The notes: generated by a model not told the origin, from the sequence alone. 63,018 bases of DNA, filler included, from Octopus bimaculoides (GCF_001194135.2; 6 parts of 5 records of this genome joined end to end with filler, not necessarily neighbours in it), one strand, 5' to 3'; shown: positions 49,646 to 62,815, counted from the whole stretch's first letter. Made by a program: numbers and translations.

Positions 49646-50967
49646 AATTTCTTCAGGAATGTAGGAGAATGGAAATAAAAATAAAGAGCAAAAAATAAAT
49701 TTAACGAAAATGATAACATAAAGCGAAAATAGAAAAGTAAAGGAAAATCCTTATTTGTAAAAAGCTTGTGATGTGATAGGTATTTGTGTGTGTNNNNNNN
49801 NNNTACATTTATATGTACATACTGAAAAATTAGCGAATGCCACGCACATTGTATCCATAAATAGATACAACTGTAAATTTATGGTTCTCTCTCAGACTTC
49901 ATGTTTTAAATACAACTGAGAGCATTAATGAAACGTATAATTAAAGTCTTCTAATTTCGATGGTGACGCTCTAAGAGACCGAATCCGGAAACGCATAGCT
50001 CGAAATCGAAATTCTGAAAATCCCAACCGTTCTTTATTTCAAGTGATAGCAACAGTCTTGCCTCTTTAAAGCATTTAGTAATGGACCGACTCACACAAAC
50101 CTACATTAGTACTTTTGCATAAGTTGGACGTTTGTTGGAAATAAAATAAAATAATGAAACAAATAATAGCTGAGTTAAATCTTGCAACGGTGTGCATTAT
50201 AACCAATAGGATTTTAGATAAATAGGATCAAATCGCTGATAGATTAGAGAATGTGTCTGAATTGCCGAGTCCATATTTTTTCGTGAAATTATTATTATTT
50301 GTAGTATTTTCTTCGTCATCAGCAAATGGATGGTAGAGGCATTTTTATCTTATTGTAGTCTGTTAACATTTTTTTTTCAAGGTATTTTTGTGGTCATGTT
50401 TGTTCTCCCAGTTTTTAGAATTGAATTCTGTCGGGAAAAGATTCTATCAACTATTAAGAATGAAGATAATATCAAGGNNNNNNNNNNNNNNNNNNNNNNN
50501 NNNNNNNNNNNNNNNNNNNNNNNNNNNNNNNNNNNNNNNNNNNNNNNNNNNNNNNNNNNNNNNNNNNNNNNNNNNNNNNNNNNNNNNNNNNNNNNNNNNN
50601 NNNNNNNNNNNNNNNNNNNNNNNNNNNNNNNNNNNNNNNNNNNNNNNNNNNNNNNNNNNNNNNNNNNNNNNNNNNNNNNNNNNNNNNNNNNNNNNNNNNN
50701 NNNNNNNNNNNNNNNNNNNNNNNNNNNNNNNNNNNNNNNNNNNNNNNNNNNNNNNNNNNNNNNNNNNNNNNNNNNNNNNNNNNNNNNNNNNNNNNNNNNN
50801 NNNNNNNNNNNNNNNNNNNNNNNNNNNNNNNNNNNNNNNNNNNNNNNNNNNNNNNNNNNNNNNNNNNNNNNNNNNNNNNNNNNNNNNNGAATATGTGTGT
50901 ATATATACACGCAAACAAACTCGTACACACACTCGCACACAAACACACGCACACATATGTATATGTA

Positions 50968-51000
<33 letters not shown>

Positions 51001-51656
51001 CCATATATATATATATATATACAGATCTGTCTTTCTTACTGTCTGTCTGTCTGTCTGTATGTCTGTCTGTCTGTCTCTCTCTCTCTCTATATATATATAT
51101 ATGGAATGTATTATTATTCCTTTATCTTTCTTCAGAATCATTCATTGCTTTCTTACTGTATAGTTCGATTCCTTCAAGGTAGACAAATCAACGATACGAG
51201 ATGAAGAAAATAAGTACAAAAGAAAATTATACTAACACACTGTAAATTATCAATAATATATTGGAGTTTATAATGCCGAAACTAGACGAAACTACTTCTG
51301 TTTATATTTTTTTACATTTATTAACTCTTTTTTTATGTTATTTGTTTATACTTAACGTTCGCCTAATATTTTCCTTTCCTTTTTTTGAAAGTGACACATA
51401 GTTCCCGTGAAAGACTCTGGCAGATAGCAGGAAGGAAATGTTCAGACAAAGATTATAACTCAGAGCTCCGAATCTCATTGACTAATCAATCACAAAAACA
51501 AACAGACCTTCATACAGATACATATACAAGCGCATAAACACCGCCAGAGTAGGTAGACACACATCGAAGTATACATAAACAAACACCTATAAAATCGTGT
51601 CTATACATACAGGATATATGTGTATATATATACGCATAGATCTACGTACTAATATA

Positions 51657-51705
<49 letters not shown>

Positions 51706-52040
51706 TCTCTTATATAATATATAATATATATATATATTCATACGTATATATGTATATCCACGTATGCGTATGTGTGAGTGTGTGTGCGTATATATGTGTA
51801 TAAAACAACTTGCTGTATGTCAGTATTTTCTTGAGCTAAAGAATAAAGTGCGAAATTATTTTTTCCGAGTAAGAATACTTTTAAGATGGCTTCCAAATAT
51901 CACTGACAGCTTCTTGCATATGAATACATAATAGAATACATGGTATAAATTTATGTGCATATTTTATGTAAATACTGTACAAAGTCTATATCAACTGACG
52001 CACAGACTCACTCTGAGGCATATGTGTTCATGATCATACA

Positions 52041-52073
<33 letters not shown>

Positions 52074-52730
52074 GCATGCTTACATACCTACATACATATG
52101 TAAACCTGTATGTATGTATGTATGTATGTATGTATCTATCTATCTATCTATCTATCTACTATACTCACATGCGTGTATATACGTCTGTGTGCGTGTAAAC
52201 CTAAAGCCAGATATTTGTGTATGTAAATTTAAAGGTAGTTCTTAGCTCTGTAACACTGCAGTTACGGCCCGACTCTTCGCAGGACGAAATCTCTAGATAT
52301 ACCAGAGTTTGTAAATCTCATTCAGGGAAGGAATTTTAGAAAGAAAAATATGTCTGAAGACTTAAACAGCAAAGAAGAGGCAGCACCAGAGAGAAACTAG
52401 TCATTACCGCCAAGAGATGCAGAGTTGGTAATTTCAACGTAAATGAATGTAAGTGTTCGATTATTTACGCAACAGAAGCAAACAAAAGTATGTTAGCGCA
52501 AATGAAATTTAAACAAGATTTTTGACGGAATAAGGTATGATGGGGTTTTATCAGCAGTAGTATTAGTGTACAATTATAGAAGCAGAAGGAATAGGAAAGC
52601 TGTTGATGGAAGGGAAATAGATGTAGGGATGGGACAATAAACAAAGGGAAGCATTTGAAGGGAGGGTGCACAAAATAAATAGAAAAGATTTCGGAAGTTT
52701 AGTGTTCACAATGAAAGATAGAATATAACA

Positions 52731-52957
52731 TTCTTTTATTTGTTTCAGTCATTTGACTGCGGTCATACTGGAGCACCGGCTTTAGTCGAACAAATCGAGC
52801 CCAGGACTTATTCTTTGTAAGCCCAGTACTTATTCTATCGGTCTCTCTTTTGCGGAACTGGTAAGGTATGGGGACGTAAACCCACCAGCATCGGTTGTCT
52901 AGTGCTGGTCGGGTGACAGACACAGAAACACACACACACACACACACTCTCTCTGTC

Positions 52958-52998
<41 letters not shown>

Positions 52999-53196
52999 GA
53001 CACACACGCACTTACACACATATATATATATATAAGACAGGCTTCGTTCAGTTTCCGTCTACCATATCTACTTACAAGGCTGTAGTCAACCCGAGGCAAT
53101 AGTAGAAGACACTTGCTGAAGGTGTCACGCAATGGGACTGAACCCGGAACCATGTGATTAGTAAGCAAGCTACTTACCATACAGCCACTCCTACTC
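52731..53196 (-). mobile_element. SINE family B, full length, expanded internal microsatellite
   Basis: Collinear with 9378-9768; (CA)(CT)(CA)(TA) tract 52920-53035. Confidence 0.88.
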
Positions 53197-53269
53197 CCAT
53201 ATAGACATTTTCTGTCACAACCTTCAGATTTACTGGTATTCACGTGTTCATCAGGTATGCAGTAGGTAT

Positions 53270-53445
53270 CTCCTTGGTTTTGCATAGCGATGGAAAATCC
53301 CTCTAGGCTGGATGTAATGTATGTTTCAGAGATCCAGGAGAGCATACACTTTCTGCTAATTTTGTTGTCATCCTCCTGCATACGGATTATGTACCCCTGT
53401 ATTGTTATTTGCTGGTATGACGAGTACTTTTCCTTCCAGCAAGCG
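53270..53445 (-). pseudogene. RLE-type LINE post-RT fragment (degenerate)
   Basis: WKEK..GYIIRMQEDDNKISRKCMLSWISETYITSSLEGFSIAMQNQ resembles the W...EG...AxQxQ block preceding the CCHC knuckle. Confidence 0.45.
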
Positions 53446-53875
53446 ATTCAATCCAATACATCGCAAAACAAGTAAAACTACTTGCATATCCTGTAGCTGC
53501 TTGCCCAAAGGGTCACACCTAAATATTAACACCTTCTTAGAAAGTTCTATGCACGTGAATAAATTCTAAAATGATTTAATCCTAAATTTGATCAATATAA
53601 ATTTCTGAAAAACACCCACCTTAAAACATAGGTACCACTCCAGTAAAACCGACACACCAAAAGAAGAATTAACTCAACAGAGACTACATAAAGCCAATAT
53701 CAATTTCAATGAATCGCAGTCCGAATCTGACTTCACTGGCCAAATCTTCCAAGACAGTGTCAATAATATTTTTGATTAAAAATAGCAAATGTGCACACCA
53801 CTAAAGTATAGATTAATGTAAAATTGTCTTTATCAAAATTGAACAAAATACAAAAACAAACACACACATTTACAG

Positions 53876-53928
<53 letters not shown>

Positions 53929-56259
53929 AATATACATAAATATATGCATATATACACGCGTATACATACATATGTATGTGCGTGTTTTTGTATATACGTA
54001 TGTATATATCAATGTATGTGTATTTCCCGTGTCTAGCAGACGCATATTGCTGTCTTGTTCTGATTCTGAATTATAAACCATCCACATCTGACCACCTCTG
54101 CTGCAGCCTAAACAACGCCGGCAGTCTTTCTTTATGCATAAACTCATAAATTATCCATGATATTGGCACCATATCACTTCAATCATTTTATTTTTTTATT
54201 GCAATTACACTGAAAACAAAAAGAAAAAATATTTACAGAAATGAATAACATTTTGTGCCACAGCATTTATTGCATTCATTAGTTAAGACCCTGGACAAAA
54301 TATCATCTTCTAAAAGATGGTTATTTACATCGGTCAGCTGAAAGACAATAATAAATCAAATATTAGAATTTATTGTAGAAAACATGATAAAAAATCTTTG
54401 CTATATCAGTTTTAATGATGGCACTCATAGACAAGACCAAATCTTACCATAATCAGGTTTAACAGGGCACAAAATGAGATATTAGAGTAGAAAAATTAAT
54501 AAATTGACGACGTATTACGGAAAATTCTTGAAAATGTTGATAATCTACAGAGAAGATGCCAAAATTCATCCGTGATAAGGTAATCTGCCTGATTTTCAGC
54601 TAGCACAGCAGACCAAATAATTCCGATTGTAGAAAACATAACCTGTGATGAAAGAAATAAGAACAACTTCAATGTTAAATATTTTCACGGAAATGAAATA
54701 AGGTGATTATGCTAGTATCCATTAATACAAGGCTTAACTTCTTGAATTCTAATATTCTGTATGGCTTTATGGAGATAAAATAATAGATTGTGCGACGAAT
54801 GTTTCGTTAGGAAACATTTCATATTTTCTATAAATAATAATACCAATGAAATGAATAAAGCCTGAAATACTATATATTTGAGAGATGTTCAAGCCAGACC
54901 CCAACAGCCTCTTCCTCAATGGTTTCAGGTTAGGATTAGTGTGAATATTATAGGCGCGGCACTTTTCTCAAGATTAAACAACAAAGAACATGTATTCCAC
55001 ATATACCCAAGGGATTATCACTTGATAGAGAATGACCAGCACGACGTTCTTGACAACAAAGAGATTATTCACTGAAAGTCCATTACACATAGCTACAATT
55101 AAAATATACACAGCATTGTAATTTCCGCTTGCAGAAGTAGGAACAGCTCTAAACCTGCAAATAAGAATAGTTTGGATTAGTACGTCTGGTAAACAAGTCA
55201 GAATAATTTGTCTTCCCACTCATTTTCCGTATAACCAGAAATGCATTACAGAAGACATGTTCACTTATGTAGATGTTACCTTAGTTTTACTATTATCTCT
55301 TCAGCCTATATTTGTTGTATTTTCCTGTAGTAGTATTAACAGGAAATTAAAGTATATTATAATAGAACTATTTCTGAGAAGCAATACTCACTCTCCAAGA
55401 GACATTAACTAGTTATTGAAAGTGAAGCTTAATATTTTACATATTAACCCTTATCTAATGTATGCATCTTCCCTACGCCCATCAATACTTACGTTAACTA
55501 ATATAAGATTCTTGGCATCTTATATTAGATATATACATCATTGATTTGATACAATGGTTTAAGAAAGTCTCCTCAAATAAATGATTTTACCATATGCCTG
55601 GAATTCAATTATCGATTGTGAAAGCCCTAATATATCGAATCCAATTCATTACGGTTGTAGCAAATCTATAAATCCACTTTTATTCTTGTAAAACCGTGAA
55701 TATTTCCCAAAATGCAATTTCCCAACTGTCAACAGAACTCTGAACATCAGATCCAAGATTGATGTCGACTTATCTCTAAACATGTTTATGTCATTATGTT
55801 CGTTGAAAGAGAAGGTTAATAGATTTTGTTACAGCAACTACGACCAAACGCAAGACATACTTTAATCACATTTTAAGTGAATTTACGTTGACTTGTAGCC
55901 AAAATATTGCGCTAAGTAATCGGCAGTGAATAACACGAGAGAAACGTTATATCAACCAAATTAATACTTTAACACATTATCCTATTACTTCTTACCAATT
56001 ACTGTCAAAGCTTGTGGCCAAATTCCAATATTCGAACTGACCTCAATACGTATAAACGCAAAACATGAAAAAAAAAATATGAGTAAAACAATTGAGAGAA
56101 TTTATGCACTTCTATGGTTATAACTGTCTATGTGTTTTAAGCTTATTATTCTCCAAGAATTTGTAGTGTTGATAGGTTATGTGGCTGGTATACATACATA
56201 CATAGTACATATATACATATATGCATACATACATGCATACATACATACATATCTATATA

Positions 56260-56326
<67 letters not shown>

Positions 56327-56600
56327 NNNNNNNNNNNNNNNNNNNNNNNNNNNNNNNNNNNNNNNNNNNNTTAATTAATTAANNNNNNNNNNNNNNNNNN
56401 NNNNNNNNNNNNNNNNNNNNNNNNNNTATATATATATATGTGTATATATATATATTTGTGTCCGATATGGTATCTGTAGTCGGGGTAAGGGAGCCTCTTA
56501 TGTTTCTGTCAATCCAGAGTATGCTAGTGCTCGTGAAGGTAAGTTGTAGTCTTTTCGTTTTTCAGTTATTTGAGGACTTTAATTAAAATTCATTGCTTAT

Positions 56601-56754
56601 TAACACTCTCGGAGTGGTTAGCGTTAGGAAGTGCATCCAGCTGTAGAAACTCTGCCAAATCAGATTGGAGCCTGGTGTCGACTCCTGGTGCCATCCTAAG
56701 TCAAATCGTCCAACCCATGGTAGCATGGAAAGCGGACATTAAACGACGATGATG

Positions 56755-56756
<2 letters not shown>
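56601..56756 (+). mobile_element. Repeat family C, 3' part with (GAT)n tail
   Basis: Aligns with 6395-6557. Confidence 0.8.
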
Positions 56757-56787
<31 letters not shown>

Positions 56788-56811
56788 GATTTGGTTATCA
56801 GCCAATCAAAT

Positions 56812-57015
56812 TTTTGCATAAGGCCAATAATTTTTGTGCGAGAAGGTAATCTGATTGCATTGACCCCTGTGCTCAATTGATACTTATTTTATCGACCCTA
56901 AAAGGATGAAAGGCAAAGTCAACCTTGACAAAATTTGAACTCAGAATATAAAGATGGACAAAATGCTGCTAAGCATTTTTCCCAGCATGCTAACGATTTT
57001 GCCAGCTTGCTACTT
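56812..57015 (-). mobile_element. SINE family A
   Basis: GGATGAAAGGCAAAGTCAACC..AATTTGAACTCAGAAT..TAAGCATTTT..GCTAACGATTTTGCCAGC. Confidence 0.8.
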
Positions 57016-57066
57016 CGTGATTCTTATTAATATTAATTAACATTATTATACGAGAAGAAATTATTG

Positions 57067-57460
57067 TTACTCTTTTACTCTCTTTTACTCTTTTACTTGT
57101 TTCAGTCATTTGACTGCGGCCATGCTGGAGCATCACCTTTAGTCGAGCAAATCGACCCCAGGACTTATTCTTTGTAAGCCTAGTACTTATTCTATCGGTC
57201 TCTTTTGCCGGCATCGGTTGTTAAGCGTTGGTGGGGGGACAAACACAGACACACATATATNNNNNNNNNNNNNNNNNNNNNNNNNNNNNNNNNATACGAC
57301 GGGCTTCTTTCAGTTTCCGTCTACCAAATCCACTCACAAGGCTTTGGTTGGCCCTAGGCTATAGTAGAAGACACTTGCCGAATGTGCCACGCAGAGGGAC
57401 TGAACCCAGAACCATGTGGTTGGTAAGCAAGCTACTTACCACACAGCCACTCCTACGCCT
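57067..57460 (-). mobile_element. SINE family B (microsatellite region in a gap)
   Basis: Collinear with 9378-9768 with an internal ~35-bp deletion. Confidence 0.88.
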
Positions 57461-58144
57461 TGTTTTTAATATTTTGATGAAAACTCTCAGTTTATTTTGC
57501 TGGGTCTAATGAAAAGAGTCAGCTGTCCACAGCCACCAGACAAAGGTGACACTTGTTTACTGGTCATGCTTCAAGAATCCTAGAACTAATAATGATTTTT
57601 GTAGGCATTCTATCTTTAGGTTTGTACCAACCCTTTTGAGCATTGTTGGTAGTTGAGCACTGATATGTCTAAGCATGCCTTTTACTACTGGTATCACATC
57701 CACTTTCTTCATTGTCCATTCCCTGTGTATTTCCCTCTTCAATTCATGATGGTTGTCCATTTTTTCCCTCTTCTTTCTCTTGTTATCACCAGGACATGTT
57801 ATGTTGCTTATCAAGCATATATTATCTTTTCTGTTCACCACAATAAATGTCAGATTTCTGGTGTCTGTCTGAATCATTGCATCCCACAGGATTTTGCAAA
57901 CTTTATTCTCAGTAACTCCCTCAGGAATTTGGTCATACCATGCCTTTGATCTTTCTAGGTCATGATTTCCACAGAGCTCCTAATGTATCACTCTTGCCCC
58001 ATTGTCACGTTACCTTTTGTATTTGTGTTGTGCCAATTTCAGACATTCACTAACAATGTGCCATTCTATTTCGCCCCTTTCACCACACATTCTGCGTTTG
58101 TTGTTCTCAGTTATGTTATCAATTTTGCACTACACATAGTTTGT

Positions 58145-58692
58145 CATTGGTTGTTGTTGTTCTTCTTGGTTTGGCATAGATCTCCAGGTAGAGAAGAACT
58201 GGGAAGTGGTCATGGTCAGGATGGCCAAGCTCACCCAAAAATGAGCTGAAAAGAAGCTGTCTCTGAAAGGCTGGGCAGAAGTGCAAATACATACATCACC
58301 TTGGTAGTGTACTACCACCTGACTGTTGTACATTGTCCCAAGAAATCACTGACCAGATTGGTGAGCTTGTTTTTTCAATTCTTATGGATGAGTCAGATTC
58401 TGCTTTCACCACCCACTCCATAGAGGTCTTGGTAAGCAATCCTTGATGATGTGCCATGCGTTGAGCTGGCACACCTGCAGAAATATCTAAATCATTGTGA
58501 TGGGGTGAATGATAGTAACAGAAACAAGGGTGAACTGGTGTGGACATTTTTCATGTGCCACGTCTTTCCGTAGCTCATCTTATTGATAGAGCTGTAGTAA
58601 TGGGTCAAACGTAGACCAAGATTGGACGTTTGGCATCAAAAATATTGTCAGGCACTCACTGCATTGTACCACACACATATTTTCTCAAGTTA
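58145..58692 (-). mobile_element. 548-bp insertion in the LINE, (CAA)n tail, possibly an RTE 3' fragment
   Basis: Splits ALKTN|NYVxCKID; ends ..CTATGCCAAACCAAGAAGAACAACAACAAC; flanked by ACAAA on both sides; weak RTE-like peptide GLLTKTSMEWVVK..SWDNVQQ. Confidence 0.5.
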
Positions 58693-59544
58693 TTTGTTTT
58701 TAAGGCTTGATGTTGAGCTGCTTTAATAAGACTTCCTGTTTCTCTTTTCAGTTGTCCTTTTTCAACCAAGCCCAAGATTTTGTTCCACCTACATCTCCAG
58801 TGGCTTTCCAAAACTGACCATGCAAAGGATTCTCATCAGTCTGCTTGAATTTCATTTTTGTCCTTTTCCCCTGTTCCAACCTAGATCACCTGTTCTTTAT
58901 TCACTGCCTTTGGTAATTTTTCTCTTCTGTTCTGCAAATAATCTAGTAAGTTGCACACTTTCTTCCACACCAATTAAACCTTTTCCACCCTGGTCTCTCT
59001 TCAAGTACAGCTGGTTAACATCAGCTTTCGGATGTTGGGCTCCATACATAGTCAATAACTTTCTGCTTTTACTGTCAAGTTTCTGTATTTTCGTTTTTGT
59101 CCAGCCAACACTTCCAGCATGTCTGATAACTGGCACTACTCTTGGATTTATTACTTTAATAACATGTTTTGAATTCAACCTTGACTGGAATATTTTCCTC
59201 ACTCTCCTTGTACACTCCCTACTTTCTAATTTGTTTCATCTTTCCATGTTCTATTTTATTTGCTTCCAGTATCTCCAAATTCTTAAACCACTGCCCTGTC
59301 TGAACTGCATTCAATGTTTGTCCATTTGGCATTTCAAATTCCCTGGCTTCCTTCTAATCTCCCTTTCATTATGCAAACAGCACACTTTTCAATCTTGAAT
59401 TCTATTCCTACGAGTATATCATTCAAGAAAATACAAACAGTATGTATAAGACTTTCAAGCTGTTTCTAATTTTTCACATAAATGTTTATATCATCCATAA
59501 AAAAAAGAGATGATTTATTCTGATTATACCTTTTCCCCCATAAA

Positions 59545-60047
59545 GGCGCATGGCTCAGTGGTTAGAATGTCAAGCTTACGATCGCGAGGTTGTGAGTTCA
59601 AATCCTGGACTGGGCTGCGCGTTGTGTTCTTGAGCAAGACACTTTATTTCCCGTTGCTCTAGTCAACTCAGCTGTAGAAATGAATTGCAACGTCACACGT
59701 GCCAAGCTGTATCGGCCCCTTTGTATTTCCCTTGGATAACATCAGTGGCATGGAGAGGGGAGGCTGGTATGCATGGGTGACCACTGGTCTTCCATAAACA
59801 ACCTTGCCCGGACTTGTGCCGCAGAGGGGGAACTTTCTAGGTGCAATCCCATGGTCATTCATGACTGAAGGGTGCCTTTACCCTTTACCCTATATACATA
59901 TAATGGTGTGGAGAGGGGTGGCTGGTATGCATGGGCGACTGCTGGTCTTCCATAATCGACCTTGCCCGGACTTGTGCCTGGGAGGGTAACTTTCTAAGTG
60001 CAATCCCATGGTCAGTCATGACCGAAGGGGGTCTCACCCTTTCACCA
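59545..60047 (+). mobile_element. tRNA-derived SINE family D with duplicated 3' part, inserted in the LINE RT
   Basis: A box TGGCTCAGTGG, B box GAGTTCAAATCC, CORE/Meta-like GTTGTGTTCTTGAGCAAGACACTTT; ~125-bp 3' module at 59752-59875 repeated at 59910-60035. Confidence 0.85.
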
Positions 60048-60278
60048 TCTCATATGCTATTTTAACTTTCTGTAATATCATACTGAGCAGTATTATGGTC
60101 AGTACAAATAGTAACAGAGATAAGCTATCACCTTGAAGTATACCATGTCTAATGTTCCCAAGTTTTTGTTTTCCTCCATTTTTGTGTCCCAATGTTTCTT
60201 ATTTTCATTGACCAACTTCTCCAAACTTTCTGTCACTCCAAACATGCTTTTTGTTTTACTTATCCAACTGTGCAGTGC

Positions 60279-60470
60279 CATTAGTTCACTGGACAAAAAG
60301 CTTAGCAACATTTCATTCGTCTTCACATTCTGAGCTCAAAATCCACTGACATTGACTTTGCCTGTCATCCTATTGGGATTGATAAAATAAGTACCAATCA
60401 AGTACTGGCCTTGATGAAATCACAAGCTACCAACCCATAAAATTTCAGGCTTTGTGCCAAAAGTAGAAAG
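60279..60470 (+). mobile_element. SINE family A, old CpG-decayed copy
   Basis: GCTTAGCAACATTTC..TTCTGAGCTCAAAATCC..GACTTTGCCTGTCATCC..TTGATAAAATAAGTACCA..AAATTTCAGGCTTTGTGCC. Confidence 0.7.
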
Positions 60471-60497
60471 CTTTATTGTTGCTGTTGCTGTTGTTAT

Positions 60498-60523
60498 CAC
60501 CACCACCACCACCACCACCACCT

Positions 60524-60597
<74 letters not shown>

Positions 60598-60625
60598 GTA
60601 ACTACTGCTGCTGCTGCAGCTGCTG

Positions 60626-60665
<40 letters not shown>

Positions 60666-60935
60666 CACCACCNNNNNNNNNNNNNNNNNNNNNNNNNNNN
60701 NNNNNNNNNNNNNNNNNNNNNNNNNNNNNNNNNNNNNNNNNNNNNNNNNNNNNNNNNNNNNNNNNNNNNNNNNNNNNNNNNNNNNNNNNNNNNNNNNNNN
60801 NNNNNNNNNNNNNNNNNNNNNNNNNNNNNNNNNNNNNNNNNNNNNNNNNNNNNNNNNNNNCACCACCTCCACCACCACCACCACCACCACCACTACCACC
60901 ACCACCACCATTTCTACTACAATTACAACCATCAT

Positions 60936-60997
<62 letters not shown>

Positions 60998-61008
60998 TTA
61001 CTACTACT
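60498..61008. repeat. (CAC)n/(TAC)n trinucleotide tract spanning a gap
   Basis: Directly visible; gap 60673-60860. Confidence 0.95.
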
Positions 61009-61159
61009 GTCATTATGTTGCCATTGCTTTCTTTTATACGAGCTGTTCCAATTCTCACCCAGAGATCTCAAGTAACAACAAGTCGGACGATTTATAATGG
61101 CTGTTGTTTATGATTAGCAATAATATTTTGTAGGAGAAGAAAAAACACATTCTGAGAAC

Positions 61160-62260
61160 TAAGGTTGGCAATGTTTTTTCTTAGGATGTGGGAAGTACCC
61201 ACGAGAACAATTTTTTGCAGTTCCTGATATTTGGCCATAGTGTTTAACAGCACCTTTTGGTATTATTTCCCAAAGCTCTGGTGATCACAGGTTTAATTGT
61301 TATTCTTGGATGTGACATTTTTGAAACCTCTATTTCAAAGTCTGCTGGGATTGGTATATTTATGAGTGAATATATTTCGTCAGCAGCTTGATCACTTTGA
61401 ATGTTGTTGTTGTTGGCACTCTGTCGCTTACGATGTCGAGGGTTCCAGTTGATCCGATCAACGGAACAGCCTGCTCGTGAAATTAACGTGCAAGTGGCTG
61501 AGCACTCCACAGACACGTGTACCCTTAACGTAGTTCTCGGAGATATTCAGCGTGACACAGTGTGACAAGGCTGACTCTTTGAATTACAGGCACAACAGAA
61601 ACAGGAAGTAAGAGTGAGAGAAAGTTGTGGTGAAAGAGTACAGCAGGGTTTGCCACCATCCCCTGCCAGAGCCTCATGGAGCTTTAGGTGTTTTCACTCA
61701 ATAAACACTCATAAAACCCAGTCTGGGAATCGAAACCGTGATCCTATGACCGCGAGTCCGCTGCCCTAACCACTGGGCCATTGCACCTCCATGATCACTT
61801 TGAATACCACAGTCCCAAAGAACAGGGATATCTTTATTTTCTACTACTCTGGCCAGCTTATGTTCCCATCAATTCTTCTCATATGGGAGTCCAGACTTAC
61901 TGCATATAATCCAAGTCTATCAAGGCAATTAGAACATTCATTTGAGGCTAATGTATAACAGCCAATGATGAGGTGGTCAATTGTTTCTCAGGTAATAGCA
62001 TAAAAGCAGCAGACAGGATCAGACCATTTTTAAGAATGCTAGCTTGGTTTGTAGACACTGATCCTGAACCGCTTTAATGAAACCCTCTGTTTATGATTCA
62101 AATCCAGACTTACTGCCAACCACTAATGGATCATATTTATAACAACATCAGGATCGTTGGGCCTTGGAGGATATTTACTATGTAATGCCTTACATTTCCA
62201 GCTGTTCTGCAGTTCTGTGATTCTATTTGATTTAGCTTGGGCTTTTTCATCTAATTGTCC
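61160..62260 (-). pseudogene. Second Dong/R4-type LINE subfamily, post-RT to C-terminus, interrupted by SINE S1
   Basis: WKCKALHSKYP..TEGFIKAVQDQCL..ETIDHLIIGCYTLA..WEHK.ARVVENKDI.VLWD..IQSD | DFEIEVSKM..PVITRALG..QELQKIVLVGTSHILRK. Confidence 0.8.
61403..61791 (-). mobile_element. tRNA-derived SINE family S1, full length, perfect 14-bp TSD, (CAA)n tail
   Basis: Head TGGAGGTGCAATGGCCCAGTGGTTAGGG..GGTTTCGATTCCC; TSD TGATCACTTTGAAT at 61389-61402 and 61792-61805. Confidence 0.95.
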
Positions 62261-62301
62261 CTCAGTCGAGGTGATCTCTAATTACTAATTAATTAATTAG
62301 T

Positions 62302-62520
62302 GGTAAGCTGGCAGAATCATTAGCACACTGGATGAAATGCTTAGCAGTGTTTCACCCATCTTAATGTTCTGAATTCAAATTCCACCAAGGTGGCTTTACC
62401 TTTTATTCTTTCAAGGTTGATGAATTAAGTACCAGTAAAACACTGGGGATGATGTAATAAACTAGTCCCCTCCCCAAAATTTCAGGCTTTGTGACTATAG
62501 TAGAAAGGATTATTATATTT
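62302..62520 (+). mobile_element. SINE family A, CpG-decayed
   Basis: AAGCTGGCAGAATCATTAGCACACTGG..GAATTCAAATTCC..ACTATAGTAGAAAGGATTATTA. Confidence 0.85.
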
Positions 62521-62544
62521 ATTATTATTGTTACTGTTGTTGTT

Positions 62545-62765
62545 AAGGTGGCAAGTGGGCAGAATCATTAGCACACCAGGCAAAATTCTTAGCAGCATTT
62601 CGTCTGTCTTTATGTCCTGGGTTCAAATTCCACTGAGGTCAACTTTGCCTTTTACCCTTTTGGGGTTGATAAATTAAGTGCCAGTGAAATACTGGGGTTG
62701 ATGTAATCCACCAGCCCTCTTCCCCTGAATTTCAGGCTTTGTGCCTATAGTAGAAAGGATTACTA

Positions 62766-62815
<50 letters not shown>
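62545..62815 (+). mobile_element. SINE family A, head-to-tail with the previous copy, (ATT)n tail
   Basis: GGCAGAATCATTAGCACACCAGGC..GGGTTCAAATTCC..GCCTATAGTAGAAAGGATTAC(TAT)n. Confidence 0.85.

Larger units (their letters stand above)
57557..60275 (-). pseudogene. Dong/R4-type LINE, RT to C-terminus, interrupted by two insertions
   Basis: LHSWI..MFGV; RHGILQGDSLSLLLF; INHL(F)FMDDINIY (~59490); SRLNSKHVIKVIN..KLDSKSRKLLTMYGAQHPKAD..GGKGLIG; HGQFWK..WLKKGQLKRETGSLIKAAQHQAL; RRMCGERGE..WHIVSECLKLAQ..IHxELC; KILWD.MIQTD..VDVIPVVKG.L..CLQKSLL. Confidence 0.9.

Noticed and set aside
49397-50477. 249-bp exact direct repeat as a tandem duplication or LTR pair
   Set aside because: Both copies terminate at gaps and are identical, so this is most likely a contig-overlap artefact (unproven without reads)
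54878-55075. Protocadherin-like exon suggested by an LDRE string
   Set aside because: LDRE is immediately followed by stops, and no DxNDNxP or other cadherin motif is present
59545-59615. tRNA genes at SINE heads (also 61720-61791, 9700-9768, 47590-47657)
   Set aside because: No complete cloverleaf or acceptor stem, and each continues into a repeat body
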